Positions 8,591-18,397 of a stretch of 64,000 nucleotides of DNA are shown piece after piece. Where the stretch lies: the NCBI GenBank assembly GCA_035629395.1, contig DASPHZ010000079.1:693-64692 (forward strand), read 5' to 3'. Origin of the DNA: Thermoanaerobaculia bacterium (lineage in GTDB: Bacteria; Acidobacteriota; Thermoanaerobaculia; Gp7-AA8). The notes below the pieces were generated by a model. It was given only the letters and a program-made list of their open reading frames with translations, was not told where the DNA came from and ran no database searches. The first letter of the stretch is position 1. Every line of letters starts with the position of its first letter. The position numbers and the translations under genes were made by a program.

Positions 8591-10207
8591 TCATGCTCTT
8601 CCCGCGGAGGGGGAGAGAGGAGTGGTTGCCAGGAAGCGCGGCGCCTTTCTCGCTTTCGTCGCCTGCTCGAACGCGTACGCGTACTTGATCAGCGCCGGCT
8701 CGCTCCACGCTCCCGCGAAGAACGAGATGCCCACCGGCAGCTCGAACACCATCCCCGCCGGGACGGTGACGTGCGGATATCCCGAAACCGCGGACGCGCT
8801 CGAGTAGCCGCCCGTGTAGTGATCGCCGTTGAGGAGATCGGTCGGCCACATCGGTCCGCCGGTCGGCGCGAGCATCGCGTCGAGGCGATGCTTCTTCATC
8901 GTCGCGTCGATGCCCTGCTGCCGTGAGAGGCGGTGATTCGCCGCGAGTGCCTTCCTGTAGGCGGCTTCCGTGAGGGGCCCCTTCTTCTGCGCCATCACGA
9001 AGATTTCCTGCCCAAAGTACGGCATCTCCTCGGCGCGATGATCCTCGTTGAATTTGATGAGGTCCTCGAGCGTGCGCGTCTTCACGCTGGCCGGGGCGTT
9101 GGCGAGGTATGCGTTGAGATCGGCCTTGAACTCGTACAGCAGCACTTCGAATTCGGTTTCGTCGAACTTGCCGCGCGTCGCGATCTCGACGGGATCGACG
9201 ATCTCCGCGCCGAGGTCGCGGATCGCTTCGATGGCGGTCGTCATCACGCGGTCGACGTGATCGTTGAAGCCGAAGAACTGCCGCGCGATGCCGATGCGCG
9301 CGCCGCGCAGTCCGTTCGCGTCGAGGAATTGCGTGTAGTCCGCGCGCACGTGCCGGCGGCTGTCGAGCGTGATCGCGTCGAGCGAGTCGATGCCGGTCAT
9401 CGCGCCGAGGAGAATCGCGGCGTCGCGGACGGTGCGGGCCATCGGGCCGGCGGTGTCCTGACTGTGCGCGATGGGGATGATGCCGGTCCGGCTCACGAGC
9501 CCGAGGGTGGGCTTGATGCCGACGATGCCGCTGCCGGATGCGGGACAGACGACCGAGCCGTCCGTCTCCGTCCCGACGGCGACCGCGGCGAAGCTCGCCG
9601 CGACCGCGACCGCGCTGCCGGTGCTCGAGCCGCACGCGTTGCGATCGAGCACGTACGGATTCTTCGTCTGTCCTCCGCGTCCGCTCCAGCCGGAGGTCGA
9701 ATGCGTCGAGCGGAAGTTCGCCCACTCGCTCAGGTTCGTCTTGCCGATGATGACCGCACCCGCTTCGCGCAGACGGCGTGCGACGAAGGCGTCCTGCCTG
9801 GCGATGTTCTGCGCGAGTGCAAGCGATCCCGCGCTCGTGGCCATGCGGTCCGCCGTGTCGATGTTGTCCTTGAGCACGACCGGGATGCCGTGCAGCGGCC
9901 CGCGCACGCGTCCTGCTTTGCGCTCGGCGTCCATCGCTGCCGCAATCGACAGCGCGTCGGGATTCAGCTCGATCATCGAGTTCACCCGCGGCCCCGCCTC
10001 GTCGTATTCGGCGATGCGATGAAGGTGCATCTCGGCGAGGTGCACGGCCGTGAGCCGGCGCGCGGCCATGGCGTCCTGCATCGCGGCGATCGTCGCTTCC
10101 TGGATGTCGAACGTCGACTGCGCGAACAGCGCGAGCGGACGGGCGAGCGCGGCGGCGGTGCCGAGGCCGGCGAGGGTGAGGAAATGGCGGCGATCGAGGT
10201 CGTTCAT
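8591..10207 (-). CDS. amidase (amidase-signature family), Tat-exported
   Basis: Starts MNDLDRRHFLTLAGLG (twin-arginine signal). Contains the GSSTGSAVAVAA amidase signature. The ORF-track extension to 10930 is read-through antisense to the SGNH gene. Confidence 0.85.
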   Translation of the reverse strand: MNDLDRRHFLTLAGLGTAAALARPLALFAQSTFDIQEATIAAMQDAMAARRLTAVHLAEMHLHRIAEYDEAGPRVNSMIELNPDALSIAAAMDAERKAGRVRGPLHGIPVVLKDNIDTADRMATSAGSLALAQNIARQDAFVARRLREAGAVIIGKTNLSEWANFRSTHSTSGWSGRGGQTKNPYVLDRNACGSSTGSAVAVAASFAAVAVGTETDGSVVCPASGSGIVGIKPTLGLVSRTGIIPIAHSQDTAGPMARTVRDAAILLGAMTGIDSLDAITLDSRRHVRADYTQFLDANGLRGARIGIARQFFGFNDHVDRVMTTAIEAIRDLGAEIVDPVEIATRGKFDETEFEVLLYEFKADLNAYLANAPASVKTRTLEDLIKFNEDHRAEEMPYFGQEIFVMAQKKGPLTEAAYRKALAANHRLSRQQGIDATMKKHRLDAMLAPTGGPMWPTDLLNGDHYTGGYSSASAVSGYPHVTVPAGMVFELPVGISFFAGAWSEPALIKYAYAFEQATKARKAPRFLATTPLSPSAGRA

Positions 10208-10231
10208 CGCGCGAAAGTGTAACGTTGCGGG

Positions 10232-10996
10232 ATGCGATTCGAACGCTACGTCGCAATCGGCGACAGCACGAGCGAAGGACTCGACGATCCGGACGGCCAG
10301 GGCGGCTACCGCGGCTGGGCCAACCGTCTCGCGGAGCGCATCGCTCGCGAACAAGGCAACCTGCTGTACGCGAACCTGGCCATTCGCGGACGAACCACGC
10401 GGCAGATCCGCGACGAGCAGCTCGCGCGTGCGCTGGCGATGAAGCCGGATCTGGCGACGGTCGTCGCCGGCACGAACGACGTGCTGCGCCGGCACTTCGA
10501 GCCCGTACCGTTCGGTGCGGACCTCGAGCTCATGCAGCGGTCCCTCGTCGACCTCGGCGCGAAGGTGCTGACGTTCACGCTGCCCGATCTCCGGCCCGTG
10601 ATGCCGCTCGCGCGCATCCTCGGATCGCGGGTCGAGCAGTTGAACGACACGATCCGCGCGGCGTGTGCGCGCAGCGGCGCGATTCTCGTGGATCTCGCGG
10701 CGACCGAGGTGGGATCCGATCCGCGGCTCTGGTCGGATGACCGATTGCATGCAAACTCTGCCGGTCATGCGCGGATCGCCGAGGCGCTCGCGTATCACCT
10801 CGATCTGCCGGGAACCGATCCCTCGTGGGCCGAGCCGTTGCCGGATCGTCCGCGGACTACGGCACTGGACGTCGTGCGCGCCGAGCTCGCGTGGACGCGG
10901 CGGCATCTGCTGCCGTGGGTATGGCGGCATCTGCGCGGCAGGTCGTCGGGCGATGGGCGGGTGGAGAAGCGGCCGGAGCTGACGCCGGTCCTCTAA
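10232..10996 (+). CDS. SGNH/GDSL hydrolase
   Basis: VAIGDSTSEG block I, AGTNDV block III, and a C-terminal DDRLHAN (DxxH) motif. Confidence 0.8.
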   Translation: MRFERYVAIGDSTSEGLDDPDGQGGYRGWANRLAERIAREQGNLLYANLAIRGRTTRQIRDEQLARALAMKPDLATVVAGTNDVLRRHFEPVPFGADLELMQRSLVDLGAKVLTFTLPDLRPVMPLARILGSRVEQLNDTIRAACARSGAILVDLAATEVGSDPRLWSDDRLHANSAGHARIAEALAYHLDLPGTDPSWAEPLPDRPRTTALDVVRAELAWTRRHLLPWVWRHLRGRSSGDGRVEKRPELTPVL

Positions 10997-11160
10997 TCGC
11001 TCACGCCGCCGTTATACGACGGCGGATCGCTCGCGGGGAACGATTCCGCAATGGCTTCGTCGATGCGGTCGTCCCCGTCCATCGGACTTTGCGGATCGCG
11101 CAACGGATCGATGCGTCCGCCGCGCTCGTCCTGCCAGTCCTCTCTCTTCGGCTCGGTCAT
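10993..11160 (-). CDS. small conserved protein with ESFPASDPPS motif
   Basis: Start taken at MTEPKRED. The C-terminal AESFPASDPPSY motif recurs in small bacterial proteins of unknown function. Confidence 0.5.
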   Translation of the reverse strand: MTEPKREDWQDERGGRIDPLRDPQSPMDGDDRIDEAIAESFPASDPPSYNGGVSD

Positions 11161-11263
11161 GCAGAGGGACGCTGCGCGATCCGCGCCAGACGCAGGAAAC
11201 AATCGTGAACACCCGCGCCCGGCGGGTAGCTATCACGGCGGCGCATCCGGTACCTTCCTGCCC

Positions 11264-12469
11264 GTGCGGCTCGCGATCCTCACTCTCGTTCTCGCTGCGT
11301 TTTCGGCACGCGCCGAGCTCCCGCATTACGACCTGCAGGCGCGCGTGATGCGCAATGACGGGACGGTTGCCGCGAACGTGACGATCACGCTTCCGCCCGC
11401 AGCCGAAACGAATTTTCTCCTCGGCGGCACGTTCAGGATCACGCAGGCATCGGCCAGCGGCGCGTCGGTCACTGTCGCGCCGACGGACAAGCCGTGGAAG
11501 GGACTGCAGCGCATCACCGTGCGCAGCCGTCGCCCGTTGCGCCGCGTGAAACTGCAGATTCGCTATGCCGGGCCGCTCGGCTCCACAGGGACGCCGCCGC
11601 TCAACACGATCTCGAAGGATCTCGTCGAGCTGAATCTCGACGGCATGTGGGTGCCGGTGGTCGAAGGCTTCACCACGCGGTTCACCCTCGATGCGACGAT
11701 CGACGGGATTCCGCGCGAGCTGATCGCGCTCGCACCGGGCCGCGTCACACGCAGCGGGCGGCGCATCGTCATCGATCGCGACGACGACATCGACGTCGCG
11801 TTCGTTGCCAGTCGCGGCTTGCATCAGATGTCGGCGGACGGGTTCGAGCTGTACTCGCTCGATCCGCAGAGCGAGCTCTCGCAGTTGTACGTGCAGCACG
11901 GCACCGGCGCGTTGACGTTTCTCGAGTCGTGGTTCGGACGCATGCCCGGACGTCCGGTGCGCGTCGTCGTCGTGCGGCGTCCGCGCGAGTCGGGCTACGC
12001 GCGCCGCGGCTACGTCGTCGTGAGCGAAGCACGCCGCTCGGGCGGGGATGCGCCGATGGCGAAGTTCATCGCGCACGAGTTCGCGCACGCATGGTGGGCG
12101 CCGGTCGATCCGAACACGGAGCATCGCTGGCTGCAGGAATCGATCGCCGAGTACGTGGCCCTGCGCTACATCGATTCCGCCCTCGGCAAAGCGGCACTCG
12201 AGCAACTGCTGACGCTCAAACGCGAGATCGCGAAGAATGCGACGTCGATCCTCGGCCGCGGCGCACGCACCGACGCGGAGCTGTACAACAAAGGACCGCT
12301 GCTGCTGTTCGATCTGGAGGAGAAGATCGGGCGCGAGAAGCTCGATCAGGTTTTGCGCGAGCTCGCGCAGAACCCTCCTTCCGAGACTTCGCAGTTTCTG
12401 GATGTGTTGCGACAGGTCGCGGGCGAAGACGCCGCGCGGATGTTCGAAGCGACGCTTCGCGCGGAGTAA
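11264..12469 (+). CDS. M1-family-like zinc metallopeptidase (gluzincin)
   Basis: The GTG start gives the signal peptide VRLAILTLVLAAFSARA. HEFAHAWW followed by LQESIAEY matches HExxH...E. Confidence 0.7.
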   Translation: MRLAILTLVLAAFSARAELPHYDLQARVMRNDGTVAANVTITLPPAAETNFLLGGTFRITQASASGASVTVAPTDKPWKGLQRITVRSRRPLRRVKLQIRYAGPLGSTGTPPLNTISKDLVELNLDGMWVPVVEGFTTRFTLDATIDGIPRELIALAPGRVTRSGRRIVIDRDDDIDVAFVASRGLHQMSADGFELYSLDPQSELSQLYVQHGTGALTFLESWFGRMPGRPVRVVVVRRPRESGYARRGYVVVSEARRSGGDAPMAKFIAHEFAHAWWAPVDPNTEHRWLQESIAEYVALRYIDSALGKAALEQLLTLKREIAKNATSILGRGARTDAELYNKGPLLLFDLEEKIGREKLDQVLRELAQNPPSETSQFLDVLRQVAGEDAARMFEATLRAE

Positions 12470-12517
12470 CGACGGGAGGCCCCCGTCGTATCCCGGGGAA
12501 CGCGATAACATGCGCGC

Positions 12518-12919
12518 ATGTCTGAAGACCGCCCAGCCTCGCCTCGCTTCGACATCCTCTCCACCAGCGAAAGCGGCCTGAGTTACGTGCGCGAGAAGAA
12601 GCTCGGCGTCACGCGCGTGCTCACCGAGAGCGAGCTGGCAGACTTCACCACCGACCCGAAACCGTGCGCCGAATGCGGCGAGCAGTTCGGGTGCGAGCAC
12701 TTCAACTGCGCGGGCGAGCCGCTGCTCTCCGAGGGGGAAATCGAGCGGGACGTGCCGCCGGAGTGGAACGAATTCGCGCGCGACTACGGCCTCAGTCGGG
12801 GCGACCTCGAGCGCCTGCGCACCATCGAGCAGCACGATGGCGAGTACCGCGCGAAAGCGGACTCGGAGCACGACATGCGCACCCTCGAGCTGGTCCTGCT
12901 CCTGAACGAAAACCGCTGA
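12518..12919 (+). CDS. hypothetical protein (CxxC..C..C cluster)
   Basis: Clean ORF with coding-like bias. Contains CAECGEQFGCEHFNC. I recognise no family. Confidence 0.5.
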   Translation: MSEDRPASPRFDILSTSESGLSYVREKKLGVTRVLTESELADFTTDPKPCAECGEQFGCEHFNCAGEPLLSEGEIERDVPPEWNEFARDYGLSRGDLERLRTIEQHDGEYRAKADSEHDMRTLELVLLLNENR

Positions 12920-12947
12920 TGATCCGCGGCGCGGTGGAAGACGCGCG

Positions 12948-13667
12948 CTAAGACGTGACCGCACGGACGCGGTCGCGCAATACGTCGTCGATCTGCGGCA
13001 GGTGTCCGACGTAATCGCCGAAGCGGATGAGCACGCCGTGCTTGCGCGCACCCGCCTCGAGCAGCTCCGGCACGTCGCGCTGAAAGTGTTTGCCGCTGTG
13101 CAGAAAGTACGGCACGGCGGCGATGCTCTTTGCACCGGCGGCGACGCATTCGTCGATGGCCGCGGGGATGTCGGGTTGATTGCAGTCGAGGTAGCCGATC
13201 TTCACGATCGCGTAATCGCGGATCAGCTCCACGACGCGACGGATGTCTTCGTTCGCTTCCGGACGCGGACTGCCGTGCGCCGTGATGAGCAACGTATCCG
13301 CGGCAGGGTTCGCATCGCGCGCCGAGGTGAGGATCGCGTCGGCGAGGGCAGGATGAAACCCGATCACGTCGGCGACCACGAATGCGATCGACGGATGCTG
13401 CGCGCGCACCGACTCGATCGCACGCGGCAGATCCTCCACCACGAATTTGCCCGCCACCAAAAAATAAGGCGCGACGATGATGCGCGTCGCTCCCTGGTCG
13501 ATGCACCGTTGGATGGCAAGAGGAAAACGCGGCTCCGTGTAATTCAGAAAGCCGATCTCGACGATGGCCGCGTCGCCGCGACGGCGCATGCGCGCGGCCA
13601 TGTCGAGGAGATTGCGTTCGATGCCGCCGACGACGCTGCCGTGACTGAAGAGGAGGATCGCGTCCAA
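12948..13667 (-). CDS. cbiX: sirohydrochlorin chelatase (CbiX/SirB family)
   Basis: Two-lobed CbiX pattern: LLFSHGS ... APYFLVAG ... LITAHGS ... VPYFLHSG. The TTG start at 13667 was chosen because no other start lies after the cytochrome gene stop. Confidence 0.75.
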   Translation of the reverse strand: MDAILLFSHGSVVGGIERNLLDMAARMRRRGDAAIVEIGFLNYTEPRFPLAIQRCIDQGATRIIVAPYFLVAGKFVVEDLPRAIESVRAQHPSIAFVVADVIGFHPALADAILTSARDANPAADTLLITAHGSPRPEANEDIRRVVELIRDYAIVKIGYLDCNQPDIPAAIDECVAAGAKSIAAVPYFLHSGKHFQRDVPELLEAGARKHGVLIRFGDYVGHLPQIDDVLRDRVRAVTS

Positions 13668-13684
13668 GCGGCGGCGATTGTACG

Positions 13685-14140
13685 TTACGACTTCTGGCGC
13701 TTCTGGAGCGACGGACCCGGATCGTGCACGACCGGTTCGAGCGTGCGCAGGTAGCGGTAAATCGCGCGCAGGTCGTCTTCGCTCATCGTCGAGAACTGCT
13801 TCCACGGCATGTGCGTGCCTTTGATGCCCACACCCGCCTTGAAGCGTCCGACGAACTGCTCCTCGGGCCACGACGCGATGCGTCCCGTTTTCGGATCCGG
13901 CGTCAGGTTCGGCGTGACGAGCAGCATGTTCGGATCGTCGTCCATCGGCATCGCGAAGCCGCCCGAGAATTTCGCGGCGACATACGAGCCGTCGAGCAGC
14001 GAGCGCTTCGTGTGACAGGTCGCGCACGCAGCGACGTTGTTCGCGAGATACGCGCCGCGCTCGACGGTCGCCGCCTGCACCGGCGTCGTTTTCGGAGGTG
14101 TGAACTTCGGACCGATCGGCTTGATGACGAAAGCCATCAT
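13685..14140 (-). CDS. mono-haem c-type cytochrome domain protein, no signal peptide
   Basis: CATCH haem site plus MPW/LxAIYxYL motifs, as in the C-terminal haem domain of dehydrogenase cytochrome c subunits. The N-terminus MMAFVIKPIGP is not a signal peptide. Confidence 0.6.
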   Translation of the reverse strand: MMAFVIKPIGPKFTPPKTTPVQAATVERGAYLANNVAACATCHTKRSLLDGSYVAAKFSGGFAMPMDDDPNMLLVTPNLTPDPKTGRIASWPEEQFVGRFKAGVGIKGTHMPWKQFSTMSEDDLRAIYRYLRTLEPVVHDPGPSLQKRQKS

Positions 14141-14187
14141 CGTCGGCCTGCGCAGTCGGAGACCCTTCGCCCTCTGCGGGACTCAGG

Positions 14188-14736
14188 GTGACGAGCGTCG
14201 CACGCGTCGGCTTGACCGCGGTGCATACTTTCCGCGTGAGCGACGACGATCGCTATTGCTCCAACTGCCGCGCCGAGCTTCCGCCGAAGGCCGACTCGTG
14301 TCCCGCGTGCGGCGTCTACGCGGGCGATGTCTTCGACGGGAAGATCCGCCGCGAGAAGAAGCCGTCGAGCTGGGGCTTCTGGGTATTCGTGCTGCTGCTG
14401 GCGATGGGCGCGGCGGGCTATGCGATGTGGATGAACGTGCGGCCGGAGAGGGAAACGCCGCGTCAGACCGCGCCGGAAACACGAGTCGTGAAAGACCGCC
14501 CCGGCGGCGCGAGGAAAGCGCGCGGCGCGAGCGTCACCGAGGCCGAGGCCATTCGCCTGGCGCGGCGCCATCTCGTGACGGCGAAGAACATCAAGAACGA
14601 TTGCCTCGCGCTACTCAGCGCGGGCGACCGCAAAGGCGCGTACGTCTTCAACGTTTACGATCGCTGCGCCGAAGTCCGCCTCGGCAAATGGCGCGTCGAC
14701 GCGAAAACGGGCGAGGTCAGCGCGGCCAGTTCGTGA
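14188..14736 (+). CDS. zinc-ribbon membrane protein with PepSY-like C-terminal domain
   Basis: CSNC..CPAC ribbon, one TM helix (WGFWVFVLLLAMGAAGYAMW), and an extracytoplasmic tail. An alternative GTG start lies at 14236. Confidence 0.55.
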   Translation: MTSVARVGLTAVHTFRVSDDDRYCSNCRAELPPKADSCPACGVYAGDVFDGKIRREKKPSSWGFWVFVLLLAMGAAGYAMWMNVRPERETPRQTAPETRVVKDRPGGARKARGASVTEAEAIRLARRHLVTAKNIKNDCLALLSAGDRKGAYVFNVYDRCAEVRLGKWRVDAKTGEVSAASS

Positions 14737-17323
14737 TCACGACGAGCGGCTCCTGCGCCGCGGACGCGCGCCGCGAAACGATCGCCTCTTTGTCGTTCGA
14801 CAGCAGCACCCAGTCGACCGCGCGCAGGCGAAAGTACGTGCGCACGGTGCCGATCTCGAATCCGTTCGCGGTCGACACCGGCACCGACATCAGCGTCTGG
14901 TCCTTGCCGATGTAGAACAGCGCGCTGCCGTCCGTCGACCAGCGCGGTGAGTCGCCGATCCCGGTCGAGACCTGCCACTTCGAGCCGTCGGGCGGGAAGG
15001 GCTGCACGTAGATCTCCGGCTGTCCCGCTTCGTCGGACTGGTACGCGATCCATTTGCCGTCCGGCGAGAAGCGTCCGGAGATCTCGTTGAACTTCGTCAC
15101 CGTGAACGGCGTGATCCGTCTCGTGGCCAGATCGATGGTGACGAGATTCGACCGCGCATCGACCGTCCACATCTCGGCCAGCAGCGTGCTGCCGTCGCGC
15201 GACCAGTCGACGACCTCGATGCCGAGCTCGCGCGGCTCGGTGATGACCTGCTCCCCCGTGCCGCTCGCGAGCCGCACGCGGATCGATTGTCCGAGAGGCG
15301 TTTGCAGCGTGTAGGCGATGCGCTTTGAATCGGGCGACCACACCGGCCCGAGCTCGTCGCCCGGTTCGAACGTCACGCGCGTGCTCACGCCGCGTTTGAG
15401 GTCGTACATCCAGATGTCGTTGTTGCGCAGCGTACCGACGATGCGCTGCATGGCGAGGCGGCCGTCGTCGCGGGAGAGGTCGAGGTTCACGCCGGTGATG
15501 GCGAGGTCGCTCTCCGTTCCGGTCGTGAGATCGAAACGCGAGAGCAGCGTGTCGACGAAGGACGAGCGGGGATGGTAGGTGAGGATGCCGTCGTTCGACG
15601 CGGAGAACGCGGGCGCCGCGTATTGCGGATTGAAGTCGACGTTCGCCGCGACCACGAACGCTTCGCCGTCTTTCGTGCCGGAGTCGGCGTCGAATGGTTG
15701 CGCGTAGAGGTTGTCCTCGTGCGTGTAGAGCAGGTAGCCCGGCTCCGCGTAGTACGCCGGCGCCGCGATATCGAGCACACGCTGCACCTCCGGGCTGTCG
15801 ACCGACCCGAGGTAGACGCCGGTGTTCTCGGGAACGACGCTGAGGGCGAGAAAGAGAAAGCGCTTCCCGTCCGGCAGCCACGATGGACGCCAGTGTCCCG
15901 TCTCCTTGCGTGCGGCGTCGAGCTTTGTGACGGTCGTGACCGCGCCGCCGCTTGCGGCAATGCGGCGGATCGGCCCGAACGGCGTCGATGCGAAAAGGAT
16001 CGTGCCGTCGCTGCCCCACGCGCCGCCGCGGCTGTCGCCGACGGCCGTGATGGTGGCGATCGCGGAACTGGCGACGTCGAGGCGCTGCAGCTTCGCCTGC
16101 GCGAAGAATCCGAGCTGACGGCCGTCCGGCGACCAGAACACGTCGTACGCACCGTCGAGCCCGCGGAGCGGTTGCAGCACCGGCGAGTCGAGCGTGCGCA
16201 TGTAGAGCTGCTGCTGTTCGCGGCCGGGGCCGAGCATGGCCACGAGGCGTTTGCCGTCCGGCGAGATCGTGCCGGGCGCGTCGACGGAGTTGTACGTGAG
16301 GCCCGGCGGCGGCGCGATGTGCAGCACGGTGCGCGGCGGCGGCTGATGGTTCGCGCGATCGTACAGCGCCCACGCGATGGCCGCGACGGCGATGAGTCCC
16401 GCGGCGATCCACCCCGCGTACGCGTTGCGCTTCGCCTGCGGCAACGGGATCGTGCCCGAGGGGAGGGAGAGCGCTTCGAGCTCGAGCCGGACGTCGTGCG
16501 CCGATTGCCAGCGCTCCTCCGGATCTTTGCGCAGGCAGATGGAGATGATGCGTTCGAGCGCGGGCGGCGTCACGGGACGAATGGCGCTGACAGCCTGCGG
16601 CTCGGCGGCGAGGATGGCCGCGATGAGGCTCGCGCGGCTCTTGCCGTTGAACGCGCGGCGGCCGGTGAGCATCTCGTAGAGCAACGTGCCGAAGGCGAAG
16701 ATGTCCGTGCGCGCGTCGACGGGCAGCCCCTCGAGCTGCTCCGGCGCCATGTACTGGAACGTGCCGATGATCGTCCCTTCTTCGGTGAGCGGACGCGCCA
16801 GGGTCGGCGCGGGGTGGGTGTTGCTGTCGGGCCCGATCCCTTCGACCTCCACGCTGCGCGCGAGGCCGAAGTCGAGGAGCTTCGCGCCGCTGCGCGTCAG
16901 CATGACGTTCCCCGGTTTGAGGTCGCGATGGATGATGCCGCGGCGATGTGCTTTGTCGAGCGCGTCCGCGATCTCGATGGCGGTGCGCAGGGCCTCGTCG
17001 AGCGACAACGGCCCTTTGAGGAGGCGGTCCGCGAGCGTCTCGCCTTCGAGGTGCTCCATGACGAGGTAGTCGATGCCGTCGTGGTGGCCGACGTCGTGGA
17101 GGGTGCAGATGTGCGGGTGCGTCAGCGCGGAAATGGCTTTCGCCTCCCGCTCGAAGCGGAGGCGCAGTTGCGCGTTGCCCGCGAGCGCCTGGGGAAGGAC
17201 TTTGACCGCGACGGTGCGGTCGAGACGCGTGTCGCGCGCGCGATAGACCTCGCCCATGCCGCCGGCACCGAGCGGCGCGAGGATCTCATACGGCCCCAGC
17301 CGGGCACCCGGCGCGATGGTCAT
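14717..17323 (-). CDS. Ser/Thr protein kinase with TM helix and TolB-like beta-propeller
   Basis: GAGGMGEVY, HRDLKPGN, DFGLAR and APE motifs. One TM helix is followed by repeated SPDG/WSPDG propeller blades. Confidence 0.9.
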   Translation of the reverse strand: MTIAPGARLGPYEILAPLGAGGMGEVYRARDTRLDRTVAVKVLPQALAGNAQLRLRFEREAKAISALTHPHICTLHDVGHHDGIDYLVMEHLEGETLADRLLKGPLSLDEALRTAIEIADALDKAHRRGIIHRDLKPGNVMLTRSGAKLLDFGLARSVEVEGIGPDSNTHPAPTLARPLTEEGTIIGTFQYMAPEQLEGLPVDARTDIFAFGTLLYEMLTGRRAFNGKSRASLIAAILAAEPQAVSAIRPVTPPALERIISICLRKDPEERWQSAHDVRLELEALSLPSGTIPLPQAKRNAYAGWIAAGLIAVAAIAWALYDRANHQPPPRTVLHIAPPPGLTYNSVDAPGTISPDGKRLVAMLGPGREQQQLYMRTLDSPVLQPLRGLDGAYDVFWSPDGRQLGFFAQAKLQRLDVASSAIATITAVGDSRGGAWGSDGTILFASTPFGPIRRIAASGGAVTTVTKLDAARKETGHWRPSWLPDGKRFLFLALSVVPENTGVYLGSVDSPEVQRVLDIAAPAYYAEPGYLLYTHEDNLYAQPFDADSGTKDGEAFVVAANVDFNPQYAAPAFSASNDGILTYHPRSSFVDTLLSRFDLTTGTESDLAITGVNLDLSRDDGRLAMQRIVGTLRNNDIWMYDLKRGVSTRVTFEPGDELGPVWSPDSKRIAYTLQTPLGQSIRVRLASGTGEQVITEPRELGIEVVDWSRDGSTLLAEMWTVDARSNLVTIDLATRRITPFTVTKFNEISGRFSPDGKWIAYQSDEAGQPEIYVQPFPPDGSKWQVSTGIGDSPRWSTDGSALFYIGKDQTLMSVPVSTANGFEIGTVRTYFRLRAVDWVLLSNDKEAIVSRRASAAQEPLVVITNWPR

Positions 17324-17407
17324 GTGTGGGGGAGTGTAATCGCTTCGCCGAGGGAGAGACGACGCGGAGCTTCCGGCGGTCGGCGCGGTCGGCCCCGTCG
17401 GCTCCCT

Positions 17408-18397
17408 CTAAGCGAAAGCGCCCGCGATCAATTCATACGACCGCACGCGAGCCGCGTGGTCGTACGTGATCGTCACCACCATCGCTTCGTCGGCGCCGTA
17501 CTCCTGCACCGCGGCTTCGATGCCGCTGCGCACGGTTGCCGGTGAACCGACGATCGTCCGCCGTTCCTGCGAAGGTGGCGGCTGATCTTCGAGAAAGCGC
17601 ATCGCCACGTCGATCGGCGGAATCGGAATGAGTTGTCCGCGGAAGAACAACGTGAACATCATCCGCGCGCTCGAGGCGAGGCGCACCGCTTCCTCGTCCG
17701 TGTCCGCGCAGATCGCCCACACCGCGACCGTCATGCGCGGCTTTTCCGCGCGGCGGGAAGGCTGGAACGTTTCGCGATAGCGCGCCGCGATCTCCCCGCC
17801 TTTCGGATTGATGAAGTCCGCGAACGCGTACGGCAGGCCGAGCTCCGCGGCCCAGAGTCCGCTCTGCGCGGAGCTGCCGAGGAGCCACAGCTCGGGCAGC
17901 TCGGGACGGCCGGGGAGCTGCGTGAGGCGCGCGAACGGATGGTCCGCCGGCATGTCGTCGTCGAGGTACGACATCAATTCGACGAGCTGCGCGGGAAAGT
18001 CGTCCGGCGCGGCCTGGCGGCGATCGCGCTGCAACGCGAATGCGGTCACGGGATCGGTGCCCGCGGCGCGGCCGACGGCGAGATCGATGCGTCCCGGCGT
18101 GATGCCGCTCAGCATGCTGAACGACTCCGCGACGCGCAGCGGCGAGTAATGCGGGAGCATCACGCCGCCGCTGCCCACCCGGATCGTCGACGTCGCCGTC
18201 GCAATCGGTCCGATGAGCGCTTCGGGGCTCGCGCACGCGAGCGCCGGTGTTCCGTGATGTTCGGCGACCCAGTAGCGGTGATAGCCGAGGCGTTCGGCGT
18301 TTCGGGCGAGGTCGATCGAGTTGCGCAACGCCTGCGCGCCCGACATCCCCTCGGAGATCGGCGCCTGATCGAGCACGGAAAGGATGAAATCAGCCAA
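17408..18397 (-). CDS. LLM-class flavin-dependent oxidoreductase
   Basis: LGYHRYWVAEHHG and overall luciferase-like similarity. TTG start. Confidence 0.8.
   Translation of the reverse strand: MADFILSVLDQAPISEGMSGAQALRNSIDLARNAERLGYHRYWVAEHHGTPALACASPEALIGPIATATSTIRVGSGGVMLPHYSPLRVAESFSMLSGITPGRIDLAVGRAAGTDPVTAFALQRDRRQAAPDDFPAQLVELMSYLDDDMPADHPFARLTQLPGRPELPELWLLGSSAQSGLWAAELGLPYAFADFINPKGGEIAARYRETFQPSRRAEKPRMTVAVWAICADTDEEAVRLASSARMMFTLFFRGQLIPIPPIDVAMRFLEDQPPPSQERRTIVGSPATVRSGIEAAVQEYGADEAMVVTITYDHAARVRSYELIAGAFA

Noticed and set aside
8591-10930. Over-long ORF-track models: 8591..10930, 26025..28871, 28915..30126, 12948..14027, 18390..19316, 40166..42247, 43105..45303, 53513..55762, 55767..56939, 45331..46038, 45684..47042, 21039..22259, 49926..51743
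   Set aside because: In each case, recognisable homology, a signal peptide and an RBS begin at an internal start. The upstream extension overlaps a neighbouring real gene or is Arg-rich nonsense.
14137-14571. ORF 14137..14571 (-) as the missing N-terminal part of the cytochrome c, joined by a frameshift
   Set aside because: The translation has no CxxCH motif, no signal peptide and no cytochrome-like motif. It is antisense to the well-supported zinc-ribbon gene.
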